64,000 nucleotides of DNA from Spizellomyces punctatus DAOM BR117 (lineage: Eukaryota). The notes beneath the pieces are model-generated. The model was given only the letters and a program-made list of their open reading frames with translations. It was not told the origin of the DNA and made no database searches. This document shows positions 50,960-63,921 of this stretch, piece after piece. The stretch is from assembly GCA_000182565.2 (NCBI GenBank), contig KQ257465.1. One strand, 5' to 3'. Positions within the stretch are counted from its first letter, which is position 1, and the number at the start of each line of letters is the position of its first letter. The position numbers and the translations under genes were made by a program.

Positions 50960-52080
50960 TCACAACTCGTCCCTCTTCTTCCTCTTTATTACTACTGGTT
51001 CCGAAATACATAGCTCGGTGCCTTCTTGCGGCGGACACATTCCGGGATTCCATTCTTCGATACGTGTCCAGGGTGTTATATTGCTTGCCAGGGCCTGTTG
51101 ACAAAAGAATTGGCAATTTTAACAATCCGTTTTTGAACAAAAAACGTACAAAAGCATTACAAAAGCATACGTACAATATCTTGACACGTCTCGCCAGCAT
51201 GAGCAGTATATATCTTGCAAGGTAAAACATTCGAGGTCGTCGACGCCGCTTGTTGGGCCTCACCATACACAAACTGTTTAGCGCCAACAGGCCACTCTGG
51301 CACCGGCGTCCCCATCCCATCATAACACTGAACCACCAAACTCCCAAACTCACTCGTCCTGACGCCACCGTCCGTCCACTGAGCCTCTCCAGCCCAGGCT
51401 CCTTGCCAAATCCCAAACCACACTTGAGAGGGCGTATCGGGGAACCAATTTTCACCTGAATTCAGTAGCCGGGATTTGGCATCTTCGGCACCTCGAGAAA
51501 TGTACCGAACAACACGACCATCCACAAGCCAGGTAACACTCTCTGGTTTCCAATCCAGTTCGTACAAGTGGGTCTCAGAGATGGGAGATGAGAGAGGGAT
51601 AGAGGTTCCATGTGTGAATTCCTGACGACCTTTATAAAAAATGTTTGTGAAGAGTGTCAAGGGTTTTTTACCGATGAGTTCTATATCGAGTTCGTCGGAT
51701 GTGTCTGAGAGGGTTGTTAGGGAGGTGCATATGCCTTGGGCGGGGGAAGCTGTGATGTTTATGCTGATGCGGCCGTAGAGGATGTATCGGGTGTGTGCGG
51801 CGCGGGTGAGGGGCGTGGAGGGTGGGGCGTGCAAGTCGAGGGCGGCACCGGTAGGTGTGAAACGGATTCCTTTGGCGTTGCTTTGGGCTATAAAGTGGTG
51901 GATGGAGGGGTTGAGAGGGGTGGGGAAATGGGTGCTGGGTGGGGCGGTTAGGAGCCATGTTGCTGGGTCGTTGGCTGGGTATGTCCCTGAGACGCAGTTG
52001 CCGGTGATGTTGGGGATGATTGTGAGGGTGGATGCGAGCGGGAGGAGGAGGAGGGTTAGGAGAGGAGTGTAGGGTCGCAT
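50960..52080 (-). CDS. Secreted GH16 (Crh/Utr2-like) glycoside hydrolase/transglycosylase with C-terminal LysM; exons 52080-51175 and 51094-50960
   Basis: Signal peptide; YILYGRI, catalytic DELDIE, HLYELDWKPESVTWLVDG, FPDTPSQVWFGIW; spliced CKIYTAHAGETCQDI|ALASNIT..IEEWNPGMC..GTELC. Confidence 0.88.
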
Positions 52081-52312
52081 CGTTCTTTGTTATTGGTTCG
52101 TTGCAAACACGAAGGATGAAGGATGCAGCCGATTACGAAAGCATCGGAAACGCGAAGCGAGACATTGCGAGCCCTGCCTAAAAACGATCGACAAGGACAT
52201 CCTATTGCTAGTCAATTCTACATACACAAACTTGTTATTTTTACACATCACAAATTATAGTTTTATCCCCAAGTAAAATGCAATTTCTATGGCAGCCAAC
52301 AAACACTTTTAA

Positions 52313-53919
52313 TTACAGCTGGACGGTAGATACAGGCTGCAAGACAACTAATGGAACGCATCCATGTTGTTTCGTAGCCAAGTTTTCACCTAGAGACAAA
52401 AAAGCAACTTTAGTATCAAGGTTATAAACAAGTTTTTTAGTACCGTAGCTTACCAACAGCCCATCCAGCATCTTGCCCAGCACCCTGAATCTGCACCGCC
52501 TGACCGACTCTAACCAACAATTCATCCGGATTTGCGGGTGTGTAATCCACTTTTGCAATGTACAGTCCTGGTGCGACGCCGTCTCCGGGTGCGGGTGAAG
52601 CTGGGGGACCCGGGTACATGCCAGCGGGTACAGCTGGGACCACAATGGTTGAAACGGGTGTACCCTGTGGGAGACTCATGTGATTCGACATGGATATGAT
52701 GGAATCGCGAAAGTCGTGTGCGGTTGTGGCGGGTACGGTTGTCAACAAGCTCGTCGTTGGACCGAATGGTGACAGTGGTTGTTGTTGTGGTTGTAGTTGT
52801 GAAAGGCGGTGCTGTAGGTACGCTTGTTGTTGTCGTTGTTGTTGTTGTTGAATCGCAAGTGGGAGGGGACTCGTCGACCTCCCAACAGGAACAGAAATAA
52901 CATCATGAAAGTTTGGCTCATCTTTTGAAAGCACTGGAACATGAGTCATGTCTTTTGATTTTTTATGACGATACCGTCCGAACACATAGACACCCGCAAA
53001 GGACGCTGCCAAGAGTGCTACACCCCCCACGACCGATACAGCAATCCCCCAAGTGGGGAACGACGATGACGACGACTCGGATGCGGAGGTGGGAAGAGGT
53101 GTACCGGGTACAGATGGGGCAGCCTTGACTTTGACAATCGTACCCGAAGCACATTGGATGTTCAATACCTTGACGTGAGCCAATACGATCCACGTCTCGA
53201 CATTGGGAAGTGTCCAGTCTGAGAATTCATAGTTTGTTTCTGGGTACCCCTGCCTGGAGCGCGCTGCGGTGAAGACCATATCGGCGGGTCGGACTCCGGT
53301 CATATTTCTAAAAGCCCACGGTTCACATGCTGGATCCACATCTTGCCGACATGCATGGAATTGGACATGAGGGATGCAACTACGAAAAGACAAAAGAGGT
53401 GTCACAATCGCCATGGGTTCTACACGGTGCAAGAAAAAAATACATACCAGTTTGTCTCATCGGACCCTTTGTCGGGGCAGGCGGTCGTGCCATTCAACGG
53501 AAGGCGGTTCCAGCACAATGTTTGAAAATCCGTTGAATTGGGCATAGGGGTCATGAGAGCCAAGTTGTTGGGGTACGTATTAAAGATTGGGTCCAGATGG
53601 ACTTGGATGGCGGGTGGTGGTGAAAGGGGCTGCTCGGCGGTGATAGTGGGAGGGAGGTTCAAAAGGTTGACAGTGATCCCCTTGACGTCGATCGCTTCGC
53701 CTGGAAGCGTCCAGTTTTTTGGCTATAAAACATGATGGGTATCAACACAGGGCGTATCACTATTTTGTAAAAAGTGCCAGAAAACCATACGGCAGTATAA
53801 CATCTTGTTGTACTATCACCCAAGGCCCATGGGGGAAGTAACTGTTGAGCTACAGTTGGGGTGGTAGGAAGGAGGAGAGTGCCGCACACGGCGAGTGCCA
53901 GCGTCGTGTACGGGTGCAT
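52313..53919 (-). CDS. Type I single-pass membrane protein with Cys-containing ectodomain and C-terminal SH3 domain, multi-exon
   Basis: Signal peptide; TM WGIAVSVVGGVALLAASFAGVYVF followed by RYRHKK; SH3 YIAKVDYTPANPDELLVRVGQAV..DAGWAV|..GCVPL. Confidence 0.82.
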
Positions 53920-54537
53920 AGTGATGGAATGTTGATAAAAAACAGTTTCGAACGAAGACTGTCAGCTAGTTCTAATAAAGCTCACCCCCAAAGAGGCCAT
54001 GTGAAATGAACAAGAAATCTGGATAAAAAAAACAACGTCCATTTCGGTTGCGTTTTGCGCCCTCCGTTTATAAAGACAAAAGTGTGCTTGCTCAGCCGTG
54101 AAGTTGGTGTCGAAAATCAACACAAAATCTCCCCTCAGTCGGTCATTTGGACCTACACAGCCTTCCATCTGCTTGTGGCCCATTTTCACTCAATCTGCAC
54201 CTTTTCTGAAACAACGAAACCCATTTGAAAGTCATCAGCTGGGCTTGCCTTTCTATTTACTAAAAGTGTCATACGCACATCTCACACTAGCGCAATGGAG
54301 TGATCGGAAAAGCACGTGACTGCATAGCCACATGAATATCGCATAATATGCATTCTGCCCCTTTGCCACAGCTGGTTCAACACGAGTGTTTGGGGGGTAG
54401 AGTGTTTGGGGGGTTAGGCCTACCAGTCACGTAGGGGTTTGGGGATATCGGGAGACATGCGTAAGAACAAGTTTCATACAGTTCTTGAGCATGTTGTAAT
54501 CAGACCAAAGATGCTGTATTCAGCCTGTATTCAGGAG

Positions 54538-54549
54538 TTAGGGTTAGGG
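54538..54549 (+). repeat. (TTAGGG)2 telomere-like motif in intergenic DNA; nearby G-rich direct repeat GAGTGTTTGGGGGG x2 (~54383-54413)
   Basis: Read directly. Confidence 0.5.
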
Positions 54550-55203
54550 TTTCTATCATCAAAATGTGCCTGTGTGAATACGAATCAATGATAAACCTCT
54601 TGAACAACGCACCCGATCTTGCTGTCCGTCGCATGGCCGCTTTGACTGCGGGCTGGGATGGTGCCGATGTCCACTGATATTGCAAGGTTGCTGTAGAGTG
54701 TGGACTTGAGGGGTTTCTTGTTGTGAGATATGCGCTCAAGCCACGTGACAAGGCATGAGGATAAGGTTTGATGGTAGCTGGCGGGGGAGGAATGGTAGTG
54801 CCCTGATAGGCAATGTGTGTAGGGCATTTCCTCGTTTACAAGATCCATATGATCTATCCTACCATGAAATGACATATTTCATTCCCTGTATAAAAGAACA
54901 GACGGTCTGAACTTTTTCACCAAAAAGGTCGAAAAGACCCCGCATCCCCAACTGTCAATCAAAAAAAAGTGCTACATAAAAAGAAAAGCACACACAAACA
55001 AACATACATATACACACACACACACAAGAGTTTCGTCCCAAATAGAAACACACCCTTATCTGTTCATGTCGTTTAAAAGTCACGGTCCCAGAAGAGTACA
55101 AGGTTTAAAAAATCCAGTAATGTCCGAACGGCGAAACGCGCAGTATATTTGGAACACTTGCCAAAACACACAACCATCATCTCTCTCTCTTAAACAATTC
55201 ATT

Positions 55204-57457
55204 ATGGCGAGATTCACCCGCCACGCCCGCACAGCCTTTTTCCTGTGCGCATCATTCCTATTCCTATCGTCCATACGATCTTTTTTCAATGGACGTACAC
55301 CCGTCACTCCTGCACCCCAAGATCCAAAACCGGATATCAAGCAGAATGTTGCGACAACAGTGGATTGTAAAGAGACGAGACGGGTAGAGTATCGTGTTTT
55401 GGAGGGGAAGGGGTACCCGTTTCCATTGTTTCTTGCTACGGGACGACAGGATGGGGATCAAGACAAGATGAATGTTGTTAGAGAGGTACTTGTTTCTCAA
55501 CATCTAGTGGTTTCCCCAACAATGTTTATGAACATGTCTCAAATACAAACAATAGATGATGATACACGCATGGGACAATTACTTCCACCTATCCCCAAAC
55601 TACGACGAACTCCGCCCATCCTCTAAACACGGACACAACTGGTACCACCCCTACAACCTCCTCAGCACACCCGTAGACGCCCTAGATACACTCTATATAA
55701 TGGGTCTAGACTCCCGATACGAACAAGCAAAGAAAATGGTTATAGAGGGACTGAGAGTGGATATACCTGCTGTTGTGAATGTGTTTGAGACGACGATTAG
55801 GGTTTTGGGTGGGTTGTTGGCGGCTTGGGAATTGGATGGGGATCAGAGGTTGTTGGATCGGGCGGTTCAGTTGGGGGATAGGTTGGTAATGGCTTTTGAG
55901 ACGCCTACGGGGTTACCTGCAGGTCATTTTAATTTGTCGAGGTGAGTTCACCATTGTTTTGTTATGGAATTTTCTTGGAGTGGGCTTTTTAATGTAGAAG
56001 TAGTGGTCAACCAGGGGGCCATATGGGCGCTTATGTCAATCTTGCCGAGATTGGGACACTTCAATTGGAATTCCAGTATTTGAGTGATGTCACTGGGAAT
56101 CCCATTTACGCCCAAAAGGTGTGTAATCGCCTTTATTTTATTTTTTTTTTTTTTGGTATGCAAACATGACGTTTTCCCATTAGGCCCTCCATGTTTATGA
56201 TGTTCTCCATGATGCCGGGCGTCCCATGAAAGGACTGTACCCAATCGACTGGAGCACGTCATCCATACGTGATCGAAAAGGTATAGTCACATAATGTGCC
56301 TTATGATTGTAACAATGTATCTTGACAACGATATAAAGAACCAGCAGGCGAAGCCTATGGAATCGGAGCAGCCTCAGACTCGTTTTACGAGTATCTTTTA
56401 AAATTATGGATATCGACTGGGGATGAAAAGTATCGAGAGTGGTATGATGAAGCGGCCGAGGTACTGAAAATACCAATAATGTTCAATGTCGACGTAGGTG
56501 TACTAAGTTGAATTTCACATGTTAGGCAATTTCGAGCCATTTGGCTACAACGTCTCAAGAAGGTCGATACACATACATACCCAATGCCCGACTTTACGAC
56601 TCTGGATTCCAAAAAGAGTCTACATTCCATCACCTTGTACGTTACGCATCATCTCAAAACCTCCCATCCATCACTCAACCACATTCTTGTAGACGTGTTT
56701 TGCAGGCGGCATGTTTTCAACGGGGGCATTAACCCGTCGTCGGGGTCCATGGATTGATTTACTACGATTGGGAGAACGGGTCACGCGGACGTGTTATGAG
56801 AGTTATAATCGGACGGCTACGGGGTTGGGACCTGAGAGTATGCATGGAGCTGATTTGGGGGGATCAGATTCGAGGTATTTGTTACGGTACGTTGGAATAT
56901 CCCATTTTTGTTTTATGTATTTTGCAAGGTAGAAATATTAATGTGTTTTTTTTTAATTATTATGTAGACCAGAAACAGTTGAATCCATATTTTATCTCTG
57001 GCGATACACCCATGACCCCATCTACCGCCAAATGGGCTGGCAAATCATCCAATCCTTGAACACGTATACCCGAACACCGACGGGTTTTATCGGGTTATCC
57101 ACAGTAAGCAGTAATTCCCCCCAACCCGACGACCTACAACAAAGTTTCTTTTTAGCCGAGACCCTCAAGTATTTGTTTTTATTGTTTTGTGAGGATGATG
57201 TTGTGCCTTTGGAGGGGTTTGTGTTTAATACTGAGGCCCATGCGCTGAGTGTTCGGGGGTGGGGACGGCGAAAGGGGTTTGTGAGGGGGAGTGGGGAGGT
57301 AGCTACAAGGGAGGTTGATAAAGAAAAGGGAATAGATGAAAAGGTGAAAGGGGGATTTGAGATGCGGGATGCGGAAGCGGGTAAAGATGATACAAAAGTT
57401 GAGGATGAGATAAAGGAAAAGGTTGGTGATCGGGTTGTGAGGGATCGGGGGGTTTAG
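55204..57457 (+). CDS. Class I alpha-1,2-mannosidase (GH47), type II membrane, multi-exon
   Basis: HAWDNY, DELRP, VDALDTLYIMGL, NVFETTIRVLGGLL, LAEIGTLQLEF, DSFYEYLLK, GLGPE, LR|PETVES, QQSFFLAETLKYLFLLF, FNTEAH. Confidence 0.95.
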
Positions 57458-57778
57458 AGATAGATATGTACGCTTTTTATGTAGCTGTTTTTTTTTTTTT
57501 TACAAAAATGGGAAATATATTCGTTTGATACGAGTTGTATAAAATAGAGTACGAGATTTGGTTTTTTAAACATCTAGCTCATATTCATAGTTCTGTATTT
57601 TTTATCCCAAACCCCCGACAATACAACAAAAAAATCTAGAAAAAAACTTGCCAGCAATACAACAAACAAAAAAACTATATACACACTTTAAAAGCAATGC
57701 CCATGTACCCGATATTAAAAAGAGAAAACTTGTTAGAGAGAGATGAGGGGACTTGTGTGTAATCTAGAGGGGGATTTT

Positions 57779-60700
57779 CTAGGATTTACTAAAGACGGGT
57801 ATCATTTGCACGACACCCAATTCCGCTAAACACACAAAAAAAAAAGCATTAAAACCCCCCTTTCACAACATAAACTCGAATGATTCAATTTACCTTTAGC
57901 AATCGCCAATTCCGCTTCCAACCCCGCAATCCGCTCAGTAGCCATCCGCTGTTCCTCCAACCGTAATTTCCGTTCTCTTTCAAGAGCCAACTCCATATCC
58001 CGTCGTTCCGTCTCGGTGCTACTCCCACTCTTATCAGAATGATGCGAAGTTCTTCGTGAATCGTCATTTAATCTTGACGCGGATTGGACAAACATGTCGT
58101 TGGAGAGTTCGAGCATGCGGATAGAGTCTCGTAGGGATTTGACTGTGTTTCGGAGGGATTTGGATTCGGTTATGAGTTGGGTTATTTGGGTGCGTTGGGA
58201 GGTGATTGTTTCGGTCATTTCTTGGTACGTTTTGGAGGATTCAAAAGTGGGTGTTGAGAGCTGGGAGGTTAGGTTTGTGTGGGTGGATTGGAGGGTGCGG
58301 TATTCGAGACGGAGAGAGGCGAGGGTGGATTTTAGGGCCTTGTTTTCGGATATGAGGTCGTCCACCTATGTCTTATTTTTAGTAGGGTGCGGATTACAGA
58401 TAAAAAGAGGTTTTTAGTACCATTTCCTGGGAAGTACTCGTTCTCCGCATCTTTTCCACTACATCCAATTTATCTTCTTGAGACCGGACAACACTTTCCA
58501 ATTCCTCTTTTTGACGCCGTACATTCTCCAATTCGGTAAAGACCGCACCAAATTCCTGGACACTCGTTCCTCCCGATTGCTCAAACTCTGAAATCTGAGA
58601 GACAACAAACGGGTCTCGACTGGTTTTGAGTTGACCGATGAGGAGGGTGAGTTGGCGGATTTTTTCGTCGCGTTCGTCGATTTCGCGGATATGTCTTTTT
58701 AGGAATTCCTTGTCGCTGATATGGCGGGTCATGCGTTTGTTCGGGCCGGCCGAGGTGGGGAGGAGACCGTCTTCCATCATGACAGAGGAGCGATGGGACT
58801 AAAAACCGTGGAATATAAGCAAATTAAGATTGTTGTGTGTGATATTTAGAAACGTGACGTACAGGATCACTCACCCCTGCTTCAACGGGTGCACTCCAAT
58901 CTAGCAATTGTTTGGACGTTATGGTTTTTGATGTGAGAATGAGGTTTGTGAGGTGATCGATACGTTCCTTGAGTGCCGTGCGGACCTAAAAGAAAATATT
59001 ACACCATAAGCATCACAAAGAATAATGCAACACTCGTGCTGGAAACTTACAATTTGCCCTTCATGCAACTGCTCCTCATACTTTCGTTTCTCCGTATCAA
59101 TCTGAGAAACAGATTGCTGCTGCTGCCGCTCCTTTTCCAACAACAAATTCGTTTCCGTCAACTTTTGTTTCAAATCCTCAATTTCTTCTCGGTATTTCTG
59201 TATCAAGGCCTTTTCGTCCATAATACGGTTCGCAGAGGCTTTGATTGTGACTTTTTTGACCCGAGCAGCGAATTTGAGGGTGTTTACGGTTTCTTCGCTG
59301 TTGGCAGAGGCGGGGGATATAGTGCAAATGACTGAGATGCGGGCGTTACCGGCCAGGGAGGATTGGAGGATGCGGGTCAATTTCGAGTCTCGGTATGGTA
59401 TGTGGAGTCTAACAAGACATGTGTCAGCAACATTGTCGTTCCAATGCAATAATAAGCACCACTCACCCAGTATTCTTTTCATCCGTCAATTTCGAAATAA
59501 CTGTCCCAAGCGTCAACAATGACTTGTTAATGTACGCCCCCTCCTTTCTTCGATCTGTATCCGACGTGGCCTTTTCGGATCCCGCCAAATCAATCAAATT
59601 CTACAAAAAACCATAAATAGGTGAGACGGAGAATGTTGACAGAACGCTTTCTGGAAACGTACCAATTGTGAAATCGTCACAGCGCCCTTTGCACGGCCCG
59701 ACCCCGTCCGGCGGGGTGTTCCAGGTGAGGCTTGGCTCCGCTCTCGACTTTCAATCACCTATCACATTCATTAGCAAAACCAAAACATCACATAATAAAA
59801 TAATCGCATGATGATATACCATTTGGAATATGGTATGAGATCGACTACTATGCTCATTATAATCGGTTGCACCAAAATGTCGATTTTCTTCCCCCTTTTT
59901 GATGATTCTCATGACCTGTTTGGGAGAGGTGACGATTTCTTCTTTGAGTGGGGAGACAAAGACGCCGCGCTAGAGAGAGGGTTGAATCACATTTAGCTTA
60001 AGCCCTGCTAGCTCGCTCTACGCCTATTTCCAAAGTGCTTACCTTGCGATCTTCGTGGATGCGTAGATCGCCTTGGTCGGGGGCCAAGAGGTCTCGAATT
60101 GTTTCGTTGCTTTTTTGATAAACGGTTAACACAAAAGGTGGAAAAAGACCATTATCCTACAAAAGACTCACTAAATCTCCATATAAGAAACCCGTAACAA
60201 GTACTCTCGGTCTCCACTTTGCTAAAAACCAAAGACATTACTCGATACGCCCCACTCTGAACAACTCCAAACGTGGGAAAACACATACCTCCCGAATATA
60301 CCCAAAAATATCGTCCACGGCTTGGGGTATCACACCGGGCTGCTCATCCACACCCATCATACTATACGTTTTTCCAGACGCTGTTTGTCCGTAGGCAAAG
60401 ACGGTGCCATTGATGCCTTCCATGGAGGCACGGACAACAGCCCGTGCAGAGCCTTCATAGAGTTCTTTATTGTCGCTTCCAGTCTGAACGGCATCTACAA
60501 AGATTAATAGTTATAAAATGACCCTTCCACATGCAAATGACCAACAAAAAAAAAAAAAAACAACAAACCAAAAAAATAATCGACAACCGCCTTCCGATTC
60601 CGCTCTGCGAATTCCTCAGAAAGCCCAACCCGTCCCAAACTCGGTTCCACCTGCCACACCGTTCCCCCATTCACAGCCTCCTCACTCGCCGTCAAAGGCC

Positions 60701-61052
60701 TCACACGGACTGTAACATGACATGCATCCTTTCCCGTCTTTTTCTCGGATCGAGTGGGTGTGGGTATGGATGGGGGTTTGGGTGGTGGGGTTGGGAGTGT
60801 GGATGCGACGGGGGAGGTGGGTGACGGGGAGGGAGTCGGGAGACCGGACATTGAGCGGGTTGGGAGGGAGGATGTTGGGGGTTTGATGGAGGATGGAGAG
60901 GGAAGGGAAGGTTGAGAAGAGGATCGTTTAATGGGTTCTGGGTCGAATTCGGTCGTTGCTGTTGCTGTTGTTGATGGTGTTGTTGTTGTTGTGGGAGGAG
61001 TTGCGGTTCCTGCGCCGACAAAGCGACCCAAGCCGCGCAAGCCGGCAAACAT
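57779..61052 (-). CDS. Kinesin-7 (CENP-E/Kip2-like) motor with Pro/Ser-rich N-terminus and coiled-coil tail, multi-exon
   Basis: [77 protein letters not shown]. Confidence 0.93.
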
Positions 61053-61416
61053 GGCTAGTGGTGCGCCACGAATGCACTATTCGAAAATAAAAAACGGGAC
61101 GAACAAAAAACTAGAGTGGAACGTAATTGCAGTTCAAAAAGCTCTAAAGTCCAAAACAGAATCTCTCTCTCTCTCCCTCCCTTTACTCGCGCATATGTTC
61201 CCAAAATGCTACTAGCACAAGTCTCCAAAACCGACTACGTGGGGGGGGACCCAAGAACAAAAAGTAGGTGACTAAACGCGTCTCTCTCTCTCCGACTCTA
61301 TGCAAAACAATAGCCCCCCTCCTCTCCAACTTGTTGTTGTTGTTGTTTCAAAGGCTGCTGGGTGAGGGGGAATTGAAACAACCGACACTATAAAACTCAG
61401 CTGCTTTCCTTGCAGT

Positions 61417-61727
61417 TCTCTCTCTCTCTCTCTCTCTCTCTCATAGAGCATAACATGCGAGTAAAAGGGAATAAAACACATACACAAGGAAACGCCTTCA
61501 AAATGCAACGCTCTACAAAAAATGATTTTGTACAGTCAATAAAGCACACACACACACACACACACACATAAAAAAAATCATCTGTAGCCCCAGCATTGTA
61601 TTTGTCAAAACAAGAATCTCTTGCAAATGCCGTTCCGATAATCACGGAAAAGTTTTTGACTAGAAAAGATTCTCACAGTTGGGGAACTTGCAGTCTGGGA
61701 TCTCTGATCACACACACACACACACAC
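61417..61727. repeat. Microsatellite cluster: (TC)n ~61417-61442, (CA)n ~61545-61568 and ~61709-61727
   Basis: Read directly. Confidence 0.9.
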
Positions 61728-62025
61728 AACACCCTTGTTCATTGAGAGTGTGTGCACATGATGATATGTCCATGGATCGTTCATGTTTTGCAAATTCCAA
61801 CCAACCCCTACTAAAAGTATCTTTTTACAATTGCAACCCTTGTTGGCATTGGCTTTCCTGTCGTTGAAGAAACGTGTGCAGGATCAACAGTTTTTCCCCA
61901 ATCTCCCCGCTCCAAATAACAAGAAAAAAAAAGCAAGCAACTGTCGTGTTTAAAAAAAAATTAAAAAAAAATATAAACCTTTTGCAAAAAAACGACAAAA
62001 CATAAAACTCGATACTCTTTCTAGT

Positions 62026-63468
62026 CTACCCATGCCATCCGCCTTGAAACAGTACATCCTGCAGAGGCGAAATCTCTCCCAAACCCCTTTGTCCATCGTC
62101 GACTTCAGCCACGATATTGCCAACACCATACTCTTCCTCATCCTCATCACCCTCTGCATCCTCTTCAATGTCGGGACCAGGCGGTAACGATCGTGTCGCT
62201 TCTTGTAATTGTTGTTGTTGTTGTTGTTGTTGTTGTTTGTCAGACAAGCTCGCAGCGACATCCTCGGGATGCGTAAACGTCTTTTTATGGTACCGCAATC
62301 CAGCAGCGGTAGAGTACTGCTTTGAGCATTTCGGACAAGGATAGAAATCGGGCTTGACTCGCGCAACGCGCACAGGTGGTTGGCGAGGAATGTGCGACAT
62401 TTTGTGAAAGTGACGGAGATGGTACCGCAGCCCTGCTCCCGTTCCATACGTTTTGGGACAATCCGGGACAAAGCAGCGGTACACGCGCGGCTGCGTCGGT
62501 ACATTCCCATTTTGATGAGATTGTCGCGAGGGAGGCACGGGGGACGTGGGGATGGAGGGTGCAGGCGACGACCAAGTGCTCGAAGGAGTGACGGTGCCGG
62601 ACGGAAGTCCATAGTCAATGTGGGGCGACGACGACGAGGACGGATGGTCCGCAGCAGCAGAGTGCCCATCGTCATACGCCATAGGATCCTCATATTTGAG
62701 CGAATACGTTTCGGAAGCGGCGGTGCTGCAGTCTGATGGGGAGGTGGGGGGAGCCAGAGGGGGCGGGATGCGCGAGTGATGCAGCTCGCCGCCGCTGGTA
62801 GGAGCGGAAAAGGGGGGAGTGGGGAGCGAGGACTGGACAGTGGGGGCTTTGGGGGACCATTGCTGCTGCGGAGTAATGTGAGTTTGATGAGAGGGGGGAT
62901 GATAGTCTATATCGGCAGGCACAGAAGAATGCTGAGAGTGATAGCTGCTTGCCGAGAGAATGTCTTCAAAGGTGGAAAAGACGGGAGTGGGGAGGGACGG
63001 CAGACCAGTGCCGGTTGGGGAAGGGTGGAACATGGAGACATTTGATTGATGCTGTTGATGATTGTTATTGTTGTAATGCTGCTGTTGTTGATGATGATGC
63101 AGTTGTGGATGCTGAAAATGTGGGTCTGTGACGAGGTTGGGAAGCGAGACGTGGGCCGACATTTGCATTGGCATGTGGCCGGCCATTTGAATGTGGGGAA
63201 GGGCATACCCGTTCCAAGGCATGTGCGATGGCACGACAAAGCCGTGTTGTTGTTGCTGTGGTAGCTGTGGTTGTTGTTGCTGATGTGGTTGCTGTGTCAA
63301 ATGATGCTGATGATGAACGGGAGAAGACGGAACGGGATACTGAGGCGATAGGTGGTCAGATGGCGAGTAAGGGTAGGCAGAACGGGGCATGGAGAGCATG
63401 GGATCCGACTGACTGCGCTGAACGGGATGACCGTGTTGGCGATGGCGAGTGTACTGGTCCATTGTCAT
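62026..63468 (-). CDS. C2H2 zinc-finger transcription factor (two GLRYH-type fingers, Sfp1/JAZF1-like) with Q/H/P-rich regions; start uncertain
   Basis: YRCFVPDCPKTYGTGAGLRYHLRHFH and YPCPKCSKQYSTAAGLRYHKKTFTH; poly-Q tracts; single long ORF. Confidence 0.88.
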   Translation of the reverse strand: MTMDQYTRHRQHGHPVQRSQSDPMLSMPRSAYPYSPSDHLSPQYPVPSSPVHHQHHLTQQPHQQQQPQLPQQQQHGFVVPSHMPWNGYALPHIQMAGHMPMQMSAHVSLPNLVTDPHFQHPQLHHHQQQQHYNNNNHQQHQSNVSMFHPSPTGTGLPSLPTPVFSTFEDILSASSYHSQHSSVPADIDYHPPSHQTHITPQQQWSPKAPTVQSSLPTPPFSAPTSGGELHHSRIPPPLAPPTSPSDCSTAASETYSLKYEDPMAYDDGHSAAADHPSSSSSPHIDYGLPSGTVTPSSTWSSPAPSIPTSPVPPSRQSHQNGNVPTQPRVYRCFVPDCPKTYGTGAGLRYHLRHFHKMSHIPRQPPVRVARVKPDFYPCPKCSKQYSTAAGLRYHKKTFTHPEDVAASLSDKQQQQQQQQQLQEATRSLPPGPDIEEDAEGDEDEEEYGVGNIVAEVDDGQRGLGEISPLQDVLFQGGWHG

Positions 63469-63779
63469 GTGTATGCCGCAGCAGACCACCACGGATGCTC
63501 CACCGTCAAAAGTAGTAGGGAGTGCTGGTGGTGGTAATTTCCTTGTCGTCGTCGTCGTCGTTGTCGTCGTTGTTGTTCCAGCAATAGTTGTAATGGGAGT
63601 GGGCGTTGATTGCTGACTGCCATTTGCAAACCCCAACAACAACAATGAGCATCTACTATGAACAATAATGTCCCCAAAATACAATAAAAATAAAAGTAAA
63701 AGAAATACTCACAGTGAGCCCATGGGATAATAACAAAATGTAAGAGAGAGTGTGTGTGTGGGAAAAAAAATAAAAATAA

Positions 63780-63921
63780 AAGAGAAAGCGCGCGCGCAAA
63801 CAACCAAGAAAAAAAAAAGGAGGAGAGCCAGGAAGCAAGCAAGGAAGGAAGGAAGGAGAGAGACAAGAAGAAGAAGAAGAACAAGAGAGAAGAGAGAAGA
63901 AGAAAGAAAAAGAGAGAGAGA
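63780..63921. repeat. GA-rich low-complexity tract (CT-rich leader of the zinc-finger gene on the minus strand)
   Basis: (GAA)n/(GA)n/(GGAA)n runs; TATA-like sequence at ~63985. Confidence 0.75.

Noticed and set aside
60110-60171. Possible non-canonical intron in the kinesin gene
   Set aside because: Resolves as GT...AAG, restoring [11 protein letters not shown]
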